From: a virus | Direction: 5' to 3' (one strand) | DNA length: 64,000 nt | IMG/VR virus record: IMGVR_UViG_3300032093_000090 | Location: 5,940 to 69,939 of that record | Part shown: one piece after another, positions 26,501 to 37,797 of the stretch | Layout: each line of letters begins with the position of its first letter | Position numbering within the stretch: position 1 is the first letter of the stretch | Made by a program: the position numbers and the translations under genes | The notes under the pieces: generated by a model | Told to the model about the DNA's origin: nothing | What the model saw: the letters and a program-made list of their open reading frames with translations, nothing else | Databases searched by the model: none

Positions 26501-29323
26501 AACGGCCAAATTTCTGCAATATTATCTACAGCAGCAATTGGTGAAATATACACAAGTAATGTAATAGAAAACGGCGATACTACTACCGGTAACGTATATT
26601 TTTCAAATGCAAGAGCTAGAGCAGTAATAAGTGCAGGCGATGATTCTATTATTTACGACCCAGTTACAGGAACTATCAAAGCAACAAATGTAATAACTGC
26701 TAATGTTGAATCAACTGTTTCGAACTTAACAACAGCAAATATAGTTGAATCAGCTAGCAGTTTGTATTTTTCAAATGCAAGAGCTAGAGCAGCAATTTCT
26801 GCAGGTACCGGCGTAACATATGACAAAAATACCGGTGTTATTGCAATCGGTCAAAATGTAAATACTACCGCAAATGTAACATTCGGCACGGTAAATATTA
26901 CTGGCAATTTGAATGTTTTAGGAAACACTGTAGGTTTTTATGCCAATAATTTAATTATAACTGATCCATTAATTCAATTGGGGTTTGGTAATCCTTCAGA
27001 TTCAATTGATCTTGGATTCATTAGTCATTATAATGATTCGGGCACTGAAAGACACGCTGGGTTATTTAGAGACGCAACTGATAAGAAATTTAAGTTCTTT
27101 GATAATTATTCGGTAGAACCTGGTGACACAACTCTTGACACCGCACACCCAACATTCCGTCTAGCAAATGTGGTTGCTACAACATTCGAAGGTAACGTTG
27201 TAGGAAATGTGGCTGGATTTGTAAGTTCCATTAGAAACTTCACTACTTCTAATTTAGCAGAAGGCGCTAATTTATATTACACTAATGCTAGAGTATATTC
27301 AAATGTAATAAGTGTACTTAATAGCTACGCAACTGTTGCGAATTTAAATTTAAAAGCAAATGTTGTTGACTTAACAACTGCTAATGTTGTTGAATTAACA
27401 AATCTTTATTATACAAATGCAAGAGTTTACTCAAATGTTATTGATCTTTTAAATGCCAAGGCCAATGTAGTTGATTTAACAACAAGTAACGTTGTTGAAG
27501 GTAGTAGTTTATATTACACAAATGCTCGTGTATATGCTAATGTTAGTCCATTACTAGATAATTATCAGACTCTTGCAAATGCGGCATTAAAAGCTAATAT
27601 ATCAGATCTAACAACAAGTAATGTTGTCGAGGACATTAATTTATATTACACAAATGCGCGTGTTTACGCAAACGTAATTGGATTATTAAACGATAAGGTT
27701 AACCCGGCAGATTTAACAACAGCAAATGTTAGAGAATTAGCAGGTAACTTATATTATACAAATGCAAGAGTATACTCAAACGTAATATCTCTATTAAACG
27801 CAAAGGCTAATGTTGCTGATCTAAATACAAGCAATATAATTGAAGGAACTAATTTATATTATACAAATGCTCGTGTATATGCTAATGTTATTTCCTTATT
27901 ACCAAATTATACCGGTAACATTACTGCAGGCAATGCCACAATTGGTGGAACATCTGGTGGATTTATTACTGGTGCCAATTTAATATCTACAAATATTATT
28001 TCAGCAATAACTTGGATAGGTTTGTATGCTGCAAATGTTGCAGGATTAACAACTGCAAATGTAACTGAATTAAACAATTTATACTACACCAATGCAAGAG
28101 TTTATTCAAATGTAATTAGTTTATTAAATGCCAAGGCCAATGTTGCTGATCTAAATACAAGCAATATAATTGAAGGAACTAATTTATATTATACAAATGC
28201 AAGAGTATACTCAAACGTAATATCTCTATTAAACGCAAAGGCTAATGTTGCTGATCTAAATACAAGCAATATAATTGAAGGAACTAATTTATATTATACA
28301 AATGCAAGAGTTTATTCAAATGTAATTAGTTTATTAAATGCCAAGGCTAATGTAACTGATTTAACAACTGCTAACATAATTGAGAATACAAATTTATACT
28401 ATACGAATGCAAGAGTCCTTGCAGGATTGGCAGATTCAAATTTAGTTGTTAATGACGCAACTATCAAAGGTAACCTATATGTTGAAGGCGACGTAGTTAC
28501 CTTAAATACTGCAACCCTGGCAATTGAAGATAAAAATATAATACTTGCAAATGGCGCAATAAATTCTACAGCAGCAGATGGTGCAGGATTTAATATTGAT
28601 GGGGCCCAAGCTAATTTAAAATATCACAATACTGGCGACAAATTTGAATTCAACAAATCGTTAGATGTTTTGGGCACAGTAACGGCTACAACAATATATT
28701 CTAATACGTGGAATAATTTATTTACAAGTAATGTAATTGAAGGTGCAAATTTATATTATACAGTTATTCGGGCAAATGCAGCAATTGATGATAGAGTAAC
28801 CAAATCATTCATTGATAACTTAGGTGTAAGTAGTAGTTCTGCAGTATTTGCGGAAAATGCAAATGTAGCTAATACCGTTTTATCAATTAGTAATTTTACA
28901 ACCTCCAATTTAATAGAAGGTGCAAATTTATATTACACAAATGCCCGTGTATATTCTAATGTAATTAGTTTATTGAACGCTAAGGCCGATGTAACCGACT
29001 TAACAACAAGTAATGTTGTTGAGGGCAATAATCTATATTATACTAATACTAGAGTTCATGCAAATGTTGTTGCATTGTTGCCAAGTGTTAACGTAAGCAT
29101 TGTTTCTTCTTATCAACAATTTGTTTCGGATGGAGCAACAACAGTATATACATTATCTACAAGCGTACCTAATGAATCTAGTATATTTGTTATAATTGAC
29201 GGTTTAACGCAAATACCTTCATTAGATTATACTGCTTCAGGTACAACATTATCATTATTAACAGTGCCGGCAAATCAGTCAAATGTCGTGGTAAGATATT
29301 TTTCAGCGACCCTTTCACAATGA
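23582..29323 (+). CDS. Giant repeat fibre protein, 1913 aa
   Basis: Dozens of roughly 35-aa LTT(A/S)NV.E..NLYYTNARVY(A/S)NVI.LL..KANV.D repeats; C-terminal DG.TT.YTL...IFVIIDGL.Q.P..DY domain. Confidence 0.8.
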   Translation: MTKLISGRVKKIPSANVGASRYDFLKLSEAEPDLGLPAANGYVLSGNVDGTRRWILLSTEATLANVANTVLSINNFTTANLAEDVNLYYTNARVYANVIGLLNGKANVVDLTTANVAELTNLYYTNARVDAYISPTLTTANVVESTSNLYYTVTRANAAIDDRVTKSFIDNLGVSSSSAVFAENANVANTVLSINNFTTANLAEDTNLYYTNARVYANIISLLNAKADVVDLTTSNVVEGNNLYYTNTRVYANVIGLLNAKANVVDLTTSNVVEGNNLYYSNTRANAAIDARVTTEFIDNLNVYAANAFHADFAQAALYVISFDTHTTDNLNEGTSNLYYTNARVDAYVTPKLTTANVRELGSNLYYSNARVLAGLVNSNLVVNDATVRGNLYVEGDVVTLNTATLAIEDKNIVLANGAVNAAAADGAGFNIAGAQANLKYRLNGDKFEFNKSLDVLGTITAYGWEGIYASNVIGLTTANVTELNNLYYTNARVYANVIPLLDLKANVVDLTTSNIAELTNLYYTNSRVYANVIGLLNAKANVVDLTTSNVVEDINLYYTNVRVYANVIGLLNDKANVVDLTTSNVVEDINLYYTNARVYANVIGLLNAKANVVDLTTSNVVEGSSLYYTNARVYSNVIGLLNAKANVVDLTTSNVVEGNNSYYTNARVQNYLEHVDGNILPISSGPYDIGSETYAWRDLWLQGTSVRFVNSGSMSAVANTFRMVDASGNVIFTANSTNIPITSFDGKLSAALLTTVPNYSTSNISEGSNLYYTNARVYANVIGLLNAKANVIDLTTSNVAELNNLYYTNARVYANIIGLLNVKANVLDLTTSNVVEGNNLYYTNARVNSQVQSNLALKANVADLNTSNVIEGDNLYYTNARVYANVIPLLDLKANVVDLTTANVIELTNLYYTNARVYSNVIGLLNAKANVVDLTTSNVVEGNNLYYTNTRVSSNIIGLLPSLAGLNISIEANGQISAILSTAAIGEIYTSNVIENGDTTTGNVYFSNARARAVISAGDDSIIYDPVTGTIKATNVITANVESTVSNLTTANIVESASSLYFSNARARAAISAGTGVTYDKNTGVIAIGQNVNTTANVTFGTVNITGNLNVLGNTVGFYANNLIITDPLIQLGFGNPSDSIDLGFISHYNDSGTERHAGLFRDATDKKFKFFDNYSVEPGDTTLDTAHPTFRLANVVATTFEGNVVGNVAGFVSSIRNFTTSNLAEGANLYYTNARVYSNVISVLNSYATVANLNLKANVVDLTTANVVELTNLYYTNARVYSNVIDLLNAKANVVDLTTSNVVEGSSLYYTNARVYANVSPLLDNYQTLANAALKANISDLTTSNVVEDINLYYTNARVYANVIGLLNDKVNPADLTTANVRELAGNLYYTNARVYSNVISLLNAKANVADLNTSNIIEGTNLYYTNARVYANVISLLPNYTGNITAGNATIGGTSGGFITGANLISTNIISAITWIGLYAANVAGLTTANVTELNNLYYTNARVYSNVISLLNAKANVADLNTSNIIEGTNLYYTNARVYSNVISLLNAKANVADLNTSNIIEGTNLYYTNARVYSNVISLLNAKANVTDLTTANIIENTNLYYTNARVLAGLADSNLVVNDATIKGNLYVEGDVVTLNTATLAIEDKNIILANGAINSTAADGAGFNIDGAQANLKYHNTGDKFEFNKSLDVLGTVTATTIYSNTWNNLFTSNVIEGANLYYTVIRANAAIDDRVTKSFIDNLGVSSSSAVFAENANVANTVLSISNFTTSNLIEGANLYYTNARVYSNVISLLNAKADVTDLTTSNVVEGNNLYYTNTRVHANVVALLPSVNVSIVSSYQQFVSDGATTVYTLSTSVPNESSIFVIIDGLTQIPSLDYTASGTTLSLLTVPANQSNVVVRYFSATLSQ

Positions 29324-29379
29324 CAATTAGTACACCAAAACGTAGAACAATAAATAATAGAAAAACAGGGCAGTATTAA

Positions 29380-32300
29380 ATGGCTACACAGTTAAATGTT
29401 GCGTATATAAAAACAAAAGGATCTAACACGTTTGATGTACTACGTGTTGGCGCAACCGGCAACTTAGAATATGCTAGTGTTGGTATTTTAGGTTTAACAA
29501 CATCAAATGTGGCAGAAGGCAGTAATTTATACTATACAAATACAAGAGTTTATGCAAATGTAATACCCCTATTAGATTTAAAGGCAAATGTTGTTGATTT
29601 AACAACAAGTAATGTTGTTGAAGGTACAAATTTATACTATACAAATACAAGAGTTTATGCAAATGTAATACCCCTATTAGATTTAAAGGCAAATGTTGTT
29701 GATTTAACAACAAGTAATGTAATTGAAGGTACAAATTTATACTATAGTAATACTCGTGCAAATGCAGCAATCGATAATAGAGTAACAAAAGCATTCATTG
29801 ATAACTTGGGCATAAGTGGTAGTTCTGCAGTATTTGCCGAAAATGCAAATGTAGCTAATACCGTTTTATCAATTAGTAATTTTACAACTGCTAATTTAAT
29901 TGAAGGTGCAAATTTATACTATACTAATGCAAGAGTTTATGCTAACGTAATTGGTATATTAAACGATAAAGCAAATGTTGTTGATTTAACAACTGCTAAT
30001 GTTTCAGAACTAAACAATTTATATTACACGAATGCTAGAGTTTACGCCAATGTTATTTCCTTATTACCAAATTATACCGGTAATTTAACTGCGGCAAATG
30101 CCACAATTGGTGGAACATCTGGGGGATTTATTACTGGTGCTAATTTAATTAGTACTAATATCATTTCAGCAACAACGTGGACAGGTCTATATGCCTCAAA
30201 TGTTGTAGGATTAACAACTGCAAATGTTGCAGAAATAAACAACTTATATTACACAAATGCAAGAGTTTATGCAAATGTGATTGGATTACTAAATGATAGA
30301 GCAAATATTGGCGATTTAACAACATCAAATGTTGTTGAAGGTGCAAATTTATATTATACGAATGCAAGAGTAAGATCAACACTGTCATCTGGTACCGGTG
30401 TTAGCTATGATAACACAACCGGTCAAATTTCAATTGGTCAAAATGTAGATACACACGCTAATGTAACATTTAATGAATTAACTATTACTGGCAATTTAAA
30501 TGTCGTAGGTAATTTAGTTGGGTTCTACGCAAATACTTTAGTTATTAATGATCCATTAATACAACTAGGATACAATAATCCTTCGGATAGTATTGATCTT
30601 GGATTCCTTGGTCATTATAATGATTCGGGCACAGAAAGACACGCTGGGTTATTTAGAGACGCTAGTGATAAGAAATTTAAGTTCTTTGCTAACATTGTAG
30701 GTGAACAGGGCCCTGCAACTATTGATACTGCTAATGATAGTTTCCGTTTAGCAACCGTTGTTGCCGAAACATTCGAAGGCAATGTTACTGGATTTGTAAG
30801 TTCTATAGGCAACTTTACAACCAGTGATTTGACTGAGGGCAACCAACTATATTATACAAACGCAAGAGTTGATGCGTATGTAACACCAAAATTAACTACT
30901 GCTAATGTTGCAGAGCTAACAAATCTCTATTATACAAATGCCCGAGTTTATTCAAACGTAATTGGTCTAATTGGGGACAAAGCTAACGTATCGGATCTAA
31001 CAACTGCTAATGTTTCAGAGCTAACAAATCTCTATTATACAAATGCCCGAGTATATTCTAATGTAATTAGTTTGTTAAATGCAAAAGCAAATGTTGCTGA
31101 TCTAACAACTGCTAATGTTTCAGAGCTAACAAATCTCTATTATACAAATGCCCGAGTATATTCTAATGTAATTGGTCTAATTGGGGACAAAGCTAACGTA
31201 TCGGATCTAACAACTGCTAATGTATTAGAAGTTGGTAACAACATATTTTACACCAATGCAAGAGTTTATTCAAATGTAATTAGTTTATTAAATGCCAAGG
31301 CCAATGTATCGGATCTAACAACTGCTAATGTATTAGAAGTTGGTAACAACATATTTTACACCAATGCAAGAGTTATTGCAAATGTTTTAGATTATTTTGC
31401 AGTAAATGAAATATCTTCAAATGTTGCGGCAGCTTTAGTTAATTTTGGCAGCAACATAATTAACACAACAGGCAATATTGCTGCAGGCAATATAATCGTA
31501 AATACAGTCACTTCTAATATTTGGACAAATTTATATACTGCTAACGTACTCGAAACATCTGGCAATTTATATTATACTAACACACGAGTTCTTTCAAATG
31601 TTTTAGAATATTTAGCAGTAAATCAAACATCTTCAAATGTTGCAGCCGCATTGGTTAATTTTGGTAGTAACATAATTAACACAACCGGCAATATTACCGC
31701 CGGTAATGTTTTTGCAAATACGATTATTGGAAATGGCGGCGGATTTATTGTTGGTGCTAATTTAATATCCACAAATATTATTTTAGCAACAACTTGGACA
31801 GGATTGTATGCAGCAAATGTAGTTGGGTTAACAACTGCTAATGTGTTAGAAGTTGGTAGTAACATATACTATACTAATGCAAGAGTTCTTTCAAATGTTT
31901 TAGAATATTTAGCAGTAAATCAAACATCTTCAAATGTTGCGGCCGCATTAATTAATTTTGGTAGTAACATAATTAACACAACCGGCAATATTACCGCCGG
32001 TAATGTTATTGCTAATAATTTTATACAACTTGGTACTGGCACTGGCGCAATTACATCCACATCTAATCTTAACATAACAGCTGCCGGCAATATTAATCTT
32101 TTAAGCGGCAATGTTGTTATTAGTAATAGAGTAATTGTTGGTGGCGCAACTAGCAATATAGTTATAGATGGTAATACCGGCAATATTTCTGTTACAAACA
32201 CTTTAACAACAAACAATTTAATAATTAGAGGATTTGAATTATTCTCGAATAATGATATTTCTCTTAATAGAGTTACAGCCAACATTTGGAATAATCTATA

Positions 32301-35300
32301 TACTGGAAATGTAATAGAGAATCCTGCATCGGGCAATTTGTGGTATTCCAATGCGAGAGTTCTTTCTAACATATTGGCATATATTGCAGTAAATCCGCAA
32401 GGCACGACATATACTAATTCAAACGTAACGCATTTCATGAATATCTTTGGTAGTAACTCTATTGTTACTACTGGAAATATAACTGCCGGCAACATAATAG
32501 TTACAACGAATTTAACTGTTCGCGGCACATTAACCGCGAATGCAATATCGGCCAATAGCGGTGGTGGATTTATTACTGGTGCTAATTTAATTAGTACTAA
32601 TACTCTTGCAGTTGGTAGAATACAAGGGGTTGTTGGTGCCGGGGGTATTACGGGCAACATCCATTTAACTGCGAACGTCATGCCGCAAGGAAATGGTCTA
32701 ATTAATTTAGGTAATGCAACTAATTACTTTGGTAACGTCTATGCTAAGGTTGTTTGGAGTACCGAATTAAGAACTTCGGGTAAAACTTTATACATTGGCG
32801 ACACAGAAATTAGTGTAGATGAAGATAACAATTTAGTAATTACAAATCCTAATGGGGCTACAATTACACTTAGAGGAAACTTCTCAAGTAATACAGATTT
32901 AACAACAACTAATGTTACAGAATTAATTAATTTATATTATACCAATGATAGAGTTTATTCTAATGTTACCGAAATGTTGCCAACATATACTGGAAATATT
33001 CGTTCAGGTAACATAACAATTGGATATGGCACAGGCGGGTCGTTAATTGGCGCCAATTTAATTACTACAAATATTATTTCTGCAACAACTTGGACAGGAT
33101 TATATTCATCTAATGTTGTAGAAGGTACAAATTTATTCTATACTAATGCAAGAGTATCTTCTAATGTAATTGCTTTATTGCCGACATTAGCTGGCCCTGG
33201 TATTAATATTGCTGCAAATGGTATTATTTCCACTTCAACAAGTGCACCATATGCAGCCGACATAATTGGATTGAATACTGCCAATGTTGCGGAAACAACT
33301 AATTTATATTACACCAATGCAAGAGTTTATTCTAATGTAATTGCTTTATTGCCGACATTAGCTGGCCCTGGTATTAATATTGCAGCAAATGGCATAATAT
33401 CTTCCGCAGCAAGTGTACCATATGCAACAGATGTGATTGGATTGAATACTGCCAATGTTGCGGAAACAACTAATTTATATTACACCAATGCTAGAGTCCA
33501 TGCAAACGTAATTGGTTTATTAAACGAAAAAGCTAATGTAACAGACTTAACAACATCAAATGTTACTGAAGGCAATAACTTATATTACTCTAATGACAGA
33601 GTTTATGCGAACGTAATAGGGTTGTTAAATGCTAAGGCAAATGTTGCTGATCTAACAACTGCTAATGTCGCGGAATTAAACAATTTATATTATACGAATG
33701 CGAGAGTTTATTCTAATGTAATTGTTTTATTACCAAATTATACCGGTAATATTTCTGCAGGTAATATATTTGCAAATTCAATTTATGGTGGAAGCGGTGG
33801 TTCTATCACTGGTGCCAATTTAATTAGTACTAATATTATTTCAGCTACAACTTGGATAGGTATAACCGCTGCTAATGTTACAGGATTAACAACTGCTAAT
33901 GTGTTGGAAGTTGGTAGTAACATATACTATACCAATGCTAGAGTTCATGCAAACGTAATTGGTTTATTAAACGAAAAAGCTAATGTAACAGACTTAACAA
34001 CTAGCAATGTTGCGGAATTAAACAACTTATACTACACGAACGCAAGAGTAAGTTCAAATGTAATTGCTTTATTACCAACCTTAGCAGGTCCTGGTATTAA
34101 TATTGCAGCAAATGGCATAATATCTTCCGCAGCAAGTGTACCATATGCAACAGATGTGATTGGATTAAACACTGCCAATGTTGCAGAAACGACCAATTTA
34201 TACTATACTAATGCAAGAGTATCTTCTAATGTAATTGCTTTATTGCCGACATTAGCTGGCCCTGGTATTAATATTGCTGCAAATGGTATTATTTCCACTT
34301 CAACAAGTAATCCTTACGCAACAGATGTAATTGGTTTAAACACTGCGAATGTTGCAGAAACAACCAATTTATACTATACTAATGCAAGAGTTTATGCAAA
34401 CGTAATTGGATTATTAGATGCCAAGGCCAATGTTGTTGATTTAACAACTGCTAATGTTGCGGAATTAAACAATTTATATTATACGAATGCGAGAGTTAGA
34501 ACAGCAGTTTCTGCGGGCACAGGTGTAATATATGATAATACAACAGGTATTATTTCAATTGGTCAAAATGTAGATACTGCTGCAAATGTAACATTCGGCA
34601 CGGTAAATGTTACCGGCAATTTAAATGTTTTCGGAAATGTTGTAGGATTCTACGCTAATACTTTGGTCGTTAATGATCCATTAATACAACTAGGATATAA
34701 CAACCCTTCAGATAGTATTGATCTTGGTTTTATTAGTCATTATAATGATTCTGGTACTGAAAGACACGCTGGGTTATTTAGAGACGCAACTGATAAGAAA
34801 TTTAAGTTCTTTGATAATTATTCGGTAGAACCTGGCGCATCCGTAATAGATACTGCAAATATTTCATTCCGTTTAGCGAATGTTGTAGCAACCACATTCG
34901 AAGGCAATGTAGTAGGTAATGTAACTGGCTTTGTTTCTTCAATTGGAAATTTCAGTACAACCGATTTAAATGAAGGTACTAATTTATATTACACCAATGC
35001 AAGAGTTTACGCTAATGTGATTTCGCTATTACCGCAGTATAATGGTAATTTGAGAGTAGGAAATCTGGTTGTTAACGGATTTGAATTCTTCTCTAATAAT
35101 GATATTAGTGTTAATAGAATAACTTCTAATATTTGGACAAACTTATACACAGCTAATGTATTAGAAACTGCAAGTAATCTTTATTACACCAATGCTAGAG
35201 TTTATGCTAATGTAATTTCACTATTACCAAATTATACTGGTAATCTAAGAGTCGGTAATTTAATAGTTAACGGATTTGAATTCTTCTCTAATAATGATAT

Positions 35301-36027
35301 TTTAGTTAATAGAGTTACTTCTAACATTTGGGGCGGTCTATTTGCTGCAAATGTTATTGGATTAACGACTGCAAATGTAAGAGAATTTGGTAGTAACGTA
35401 TATTACTCAAATGCAAGAGCAAGAACAGCAATTGTTGCTGGCAATGGAATATCTTATAGTAATGTTACCGGTGTAATTAGTCTTAATAATTTAGTTGTTT
35501 CTGATACTGCTCCGACTTCTCCTTATAATGGTCAAGTGTGGGTTGATACTAATTATGGAACTAGATATGAATACATTGATGATGGCACTAGCGCACAGTG
35601 GGTAGAATTTGGTTCCGGTGGTGGCGGAGGCGGCGGAAGTACAGGGCTTTCTTCGAGAACAACTGTAACGGGTACAACTGCTTCTATTGCGGCCAATATT
35701 ACCGCAAACATACAAATATCAGGTTTTAAAGGGTATGCGTTATATAAAATTGGTGTTACCAACAATGCATGGGTGAGAGTATATACTACTCAAGCAGCTA
35801 GACTTGCGGATGCAAGTAGATCTTCTGGAACTGATCCGTCTGCTAACGCAGGTGTTATTGCTGAAATTATTACCACAGGCAATTCAACGATTTCATTATC
35901 TCCTGCGGTAATGGGTTACAATGATGAGGCAACCCCTAACACAAGTATAGCAGTTGCGGTAACAAATCTTACTACAGGAACTACGTCCTTTACGGTTTCT
36001 TTAACACTAGTACAGTTAGAATCTTAA
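29380..36027 (+). CDS. Giant repeat fibre protein, 2215 aa
   Basis: Same repeats; two DPLIQLG..NPSD modules; AATAAATA at 29349-29356. Confidence 0.8.
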   Translation: MATQLNVAYIKTKGSNTFDVLRVGATGNLEYASVGILGLTTSNVAEGSNLYYTNTRVYANVIPLLDLKANVVDLTTSNVVEGTNLYYTNTRVYANVIPLLDLKANVVDLTTSNVIEGTNLYYSNTRANAAIDNRVTKAFIDNLGISGSSAVFAENANVANTVLSISNFTTANLIEGANLYYTNARVYANVIGILNDKANVVDLTTANVSELNNLYYTNARVYANVISLLPNYTGNLTAANATIGGTSGGFITGANLISTNIISATTWTGLYASNVVGLTTANVAEINNLYYTNARVYANVIGLLNDRANIGDLTTSNVVEGANLYYTNARVRSTLSSGTGVSYDNTTGQISIGQNVDTHANVTFNELTITGNLNVVGNLVGFYANTLVINDPLIQLGYNNPSDSIDLGFLGHYNDSGTERHAGLFRDASDKKFKFFANIVGEQGPATIDTANDSFRLATVVAETFEGNVTGFVSSIGNFTTSDLTEGNQLYYTNARVDAYVTPKLTTANVAELTNLYYTNARVYSNVIGLIGDKANVSDLTTANVSELTNLYYTNARVYSNVISLLNAKANVADLTTANVSELTNLYYTNARVYSNVIGLIGDKANVSDLTTANVLEVGNNIFYTNARVYSNVISLLNAKANVSDLTTANVLEVGNNIFYTNARVIANVLDYFAVNEISSNVAAALVNFGSNIINTTGNIAAGNIIVNTVTSNIWTNLYTANVLETSGNLYYTNTRVLSNVLEYLAVNQTSSNVAAALVNFGSNIINTTGNITAGNVFANTIIGNGGGFIVGANLISTNIILATTWTGLYAANVVGLTTANVLEVGSNIYYTNARVLSNVLEYLAVNQTSSNVAAALINFGSNIINTTGNITAGNVIANNFIQLGTGTGAITSTSNLNITAAGNINLLSGNVVISNRVIVGGATSNIVIDGNTGNISVTNTLTTNNLIIRGFELFSNNDISLNRVTANIWNNLYTGNVIENPASGNLWYSNARVLSNILAYIAVNPQGTTYTNSNVTHFMNIFGSNSIVTTGNITAGNIIVTTNLTVRGTLTANAISANSGGGFITGANLISTNTLAVGRIQGVVGAGGITGNIHLTANVMPQGNGLINLGNATNYFGNVYAKVVWSTELRTSGKTLYIGDTEISVDEDNNLVITNPNGATITLRGNFSSNTDLTTTNVTELINLYYTNDRVYSNVTEMLPTYTGNIRSGNITIGYGTGGSLIGANLITTNIISATTWTGLYSSNVVEGTNLFYTNARVSSNVIALLPTLAGPGINIAANGIISTSTSAPYAADIIGLNTANVAETTNLYYTNARVYSNVIALLPTLAGPGINIAANGIISSAASVPYATDVIGLNTANVAETTNLYYTNARVHANVIGLLNEKANVTDLTTSNVTEGNNLYYSNDRVYANVIGLLNAKANVADLTTANVAELNNLYYTNARVYSNVIVLLPNYTGNISAGNIFANSIYGGSGGSITGANLISTNIISATTWIGITAANVTGLTTANVLEVGSNIYYTNARVHANVIGLLNEKANVTDLTTSNVAELNNLYYTNARVSSNVIALLPTLAGPGINIAANGIISSAASVPYATDVIGLNTANVAETTNLYYTNARVSSNVIALLPTLAGPGINIAANGIISTSTSNPYATDVIGLNTANVAETTNLYYTNARVYANVIGLLDAKANVVDLTTANVAELNNLYYTNARVRTAVSAGTGVIYDNTTGIISIGQNVDTAANVTFGTVNVTGNLNVFGNVVGFYANTLVVNDPLIQLGYNNPSDSIDLGFISHYNDSGTERHAGLFRDATDKKFKFFDNYSVEPGASVIDTANISFRLANVVATTFEGNVVGNVTGFVSSIGNFSTTDLNEGTNLYYTNARVYANVISLLPQYNGNLRVGNLVVNGFEFFSNNDISVNRITSNIWTNLYTANVLETASNLYYTNARVYANVISLLPNYTGNLRVGNLIVNGFEFFSNNDILVNRVTSNIWGGLFAANVIGLTTANVREFGSNVYYSNARARTAIVAGNGISYSNVTGVISLNNLVVSDTAPTSPYNGQVWVDTNYGTRYEYIDDGTSAQWVEFGSGGGGGGGSTGLSSRTTVTGTTASIAANITANIQISGFKGYALYKIGVTNNAWVRVYTTQAARLADASRSSGTDPSANAGVIAEIITTGNSTISLSPAVMGYNDEATPNTSIAVAVTNLTTGTTSFTVSLTLVQLES

Positions 36028-36028
36028 T

Positions 36029-37753
36029 ATGTCTTTAAAAGAATACGTAGTTACTGCAAAATCAATGGATGAGTTGGAGTCATTGTATAATGACTTGGAG
36101 ACTGCTGGCGGCACAGACGCAGTTCCTGATAGAGTAGTTCCGGTATATCGTAGAAGACCTATAAGTCAAAGTACTCATTATATGTTAACAGATGAGGAAG
36201 CTGTTACATTAAGAAATGATCCAAGGATTCTAAATGTTGAACCAATGGAATTAATTCGTGGAAGCGTTAAATTACATTCGTATAAGCAAACCGGCACATT
36301 TAGTAAAACAACTTATACTACAAGTATGGATGCTTCGTGGAAAAATTGGGCTCTGTTAAGATGCCTTGAAGGTTCTCAAAGAAGTAATTGGGGTGACGAT
36401 GGCACAACAACTCAAAATGCAACTATTGATGTTGGCCCAACAGGTAAAAACGTTGATGTAATTATTATGGATGGTATCTGCGGTGTGCCAGATCATCCGG
36501 AATTTGCAGTAAATGCAGATGGTACTGGCGGAAGTAGATATGTTCAATATGATTGGTATCAATTAAATTCTATTGTATCATCTATTGACGATGACGCATC
36601 CACATTGCTAAGCGGAAGTTATTCATATGCCGCGTCTGCGTCTATTACTGATGCAAACCACGGAGCACATACTGCAGGAACCGCTTGCGGCAATACACAA
36701 GGCTGGGCAAGAGACGCAAACATATACCAAATTAATCCTGTATCGGGCGGAGTCGATGCTTTAATTATATGGGATTATATTAGAGCGTTTCATAGAACAA
36801 AACCAATTAATCCTGAAACGGGTCGCAGAAATCCAACAATATGTAATTGTAGCTTTGGCAACAGTTTAACGTTCCCTGATAATGCATTAACTCTTAGCGC
36901 AGTTAAACAAGCAAATCGTAGAGGAACTACCGTTGGTCCTTTTGGAAGTAGTCCATATACTGCATTTACTTCCGCACAACTAAATAGTGTTGGTATGTAT
37001 AATACTACAACCTCCGGTACAGTATATGCAAATGTTCCATATTATATTGATGCAAATGCAGCAGATGTTGCTGCAGCTATTGCCGAAGGAATCATTGTTG
37101 TTGGAAGTTCTGGCAACGAAAGTTATTACGTAGATAACTCTACAGGAGTTGATTACGGAAATTGGTTTATTGCCTCATATGGTGCGGTAACAAGTTATTA
37201 TTTGTGGTATCAGCATAAAGGATCTTCACCTGCGTGTGTTCCCGGGGCAATATGTGTAGGTGCAATAGATGCAGGCAAAGTAGAACGAAAAGGTTTTTAT
37301 AGTAACACCGGGAATAGAATAGATATTTTTGCTCCTGGTACATGGATTACAAGCGCATGGGCAGGATCAACCCCTGGGAGTTGGGGTGATGTAGCAGCTG
37401 ATAGTAGAAACGGTAGTTATTACATGAGCAGAGATATTGGCACCAGTATGGCAGCTCCTCAAGTCACGGGCGTATTGGCGTGTATACTTGAATTGTATCC
37501 AAATATGTCACCTGCAGAAGCAACAGCATACATAAAGTATTATGCCAAATTAAATCAATTGACAGATGCATCTGGATTATCAAGTCCAGGATGGACATCT
37601 AATACTCAAAGTCTGCAAGGCGCAACCAATAGATTTTTATTTCTGCCAAGAGAAAAGGCATTATCCGGCGCAACATATCCTAAGGTAAATTATAATATTA
37701 GACCAACATCTGGAAGCGTATATCCCAGAGTTAAGCGTCGTATAAGAGGTTGA
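36029..37753 (+). CDS. Subtilisin-like (S8) serine protease
   Basis: Catalytic D (VDVIIMDG), H (HGAHTAG), oxyanion N (SSGN) and S (GTSMAAPQVTG); N-terminal propeptide-like region. Confidence 0.9.
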   Translation: MSLKEYVVTAKSMDELESLYNDLETAGGTDAVPDRVVPVYRRRPISQSTHYMLTDEEAVTLRNDPRILNVEPMELIRGSVKLHSYKQTGTFSKTTYTTSMDASWKNWALLRCLEGSQRSNWGDDGTTTQNATIDVGPTGKNVDVIIMDGICGVPDHPEFAVNADGTGGSRYVQYDWYQLNSIVSSIDDDASTLLSGSYSYAASASITDANHGAHTAGTACGNTQGWARDANIYQINPVSGGVDALIIWDYIRAFHRTKPINPETGRRNPTICNCSFGNSLTFPDNALTLSAVKQANRRGTTVGPFGSSPYTAFTSAQLNSVGMYNTTTSGTVYANVPYYIDANAADVAAAIAEGIIVVGSSGNESYYVDNSTGVDYGNWFIASYGAVTSYYLWYQHKGSSPACVPGAICVGAIDAGKVERKGFYSNTGNRIDIFAPGTWITSAWAGSTPGSWGDVAADSRNGSYYMSRDIGTSMAAPQVTGVLACILELYPNMSPAEATAYIKYYAKLNQLTDASGLSSPGWTSNTQSLQGATNRFLFLPREKALSGATYPKVNYNIRPTSGSVYPRVKRRIRG

Positions 37754-37797
37754 TGTGTTTAAGAGTTAATAAATAATAAGAATAAACATAAGTAAAA

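Noticed and set aside
24050-28889. Duplicated segments as a possible DGR template/variable repeat pair
   Set aside because: The copies compared are identical and both coding. I saw no adenine-specific mismatch pattern, and no reverse transcriptase is in the window.
31920-32681. 253-aa antisense ORF, and other minus-strand or alternate-frame ORFs such as 8178-8693 and 54656-55117
   Set aside because: Shadow ORFs of biased sense-strand genes, with no recognisable motifs or expression signals.
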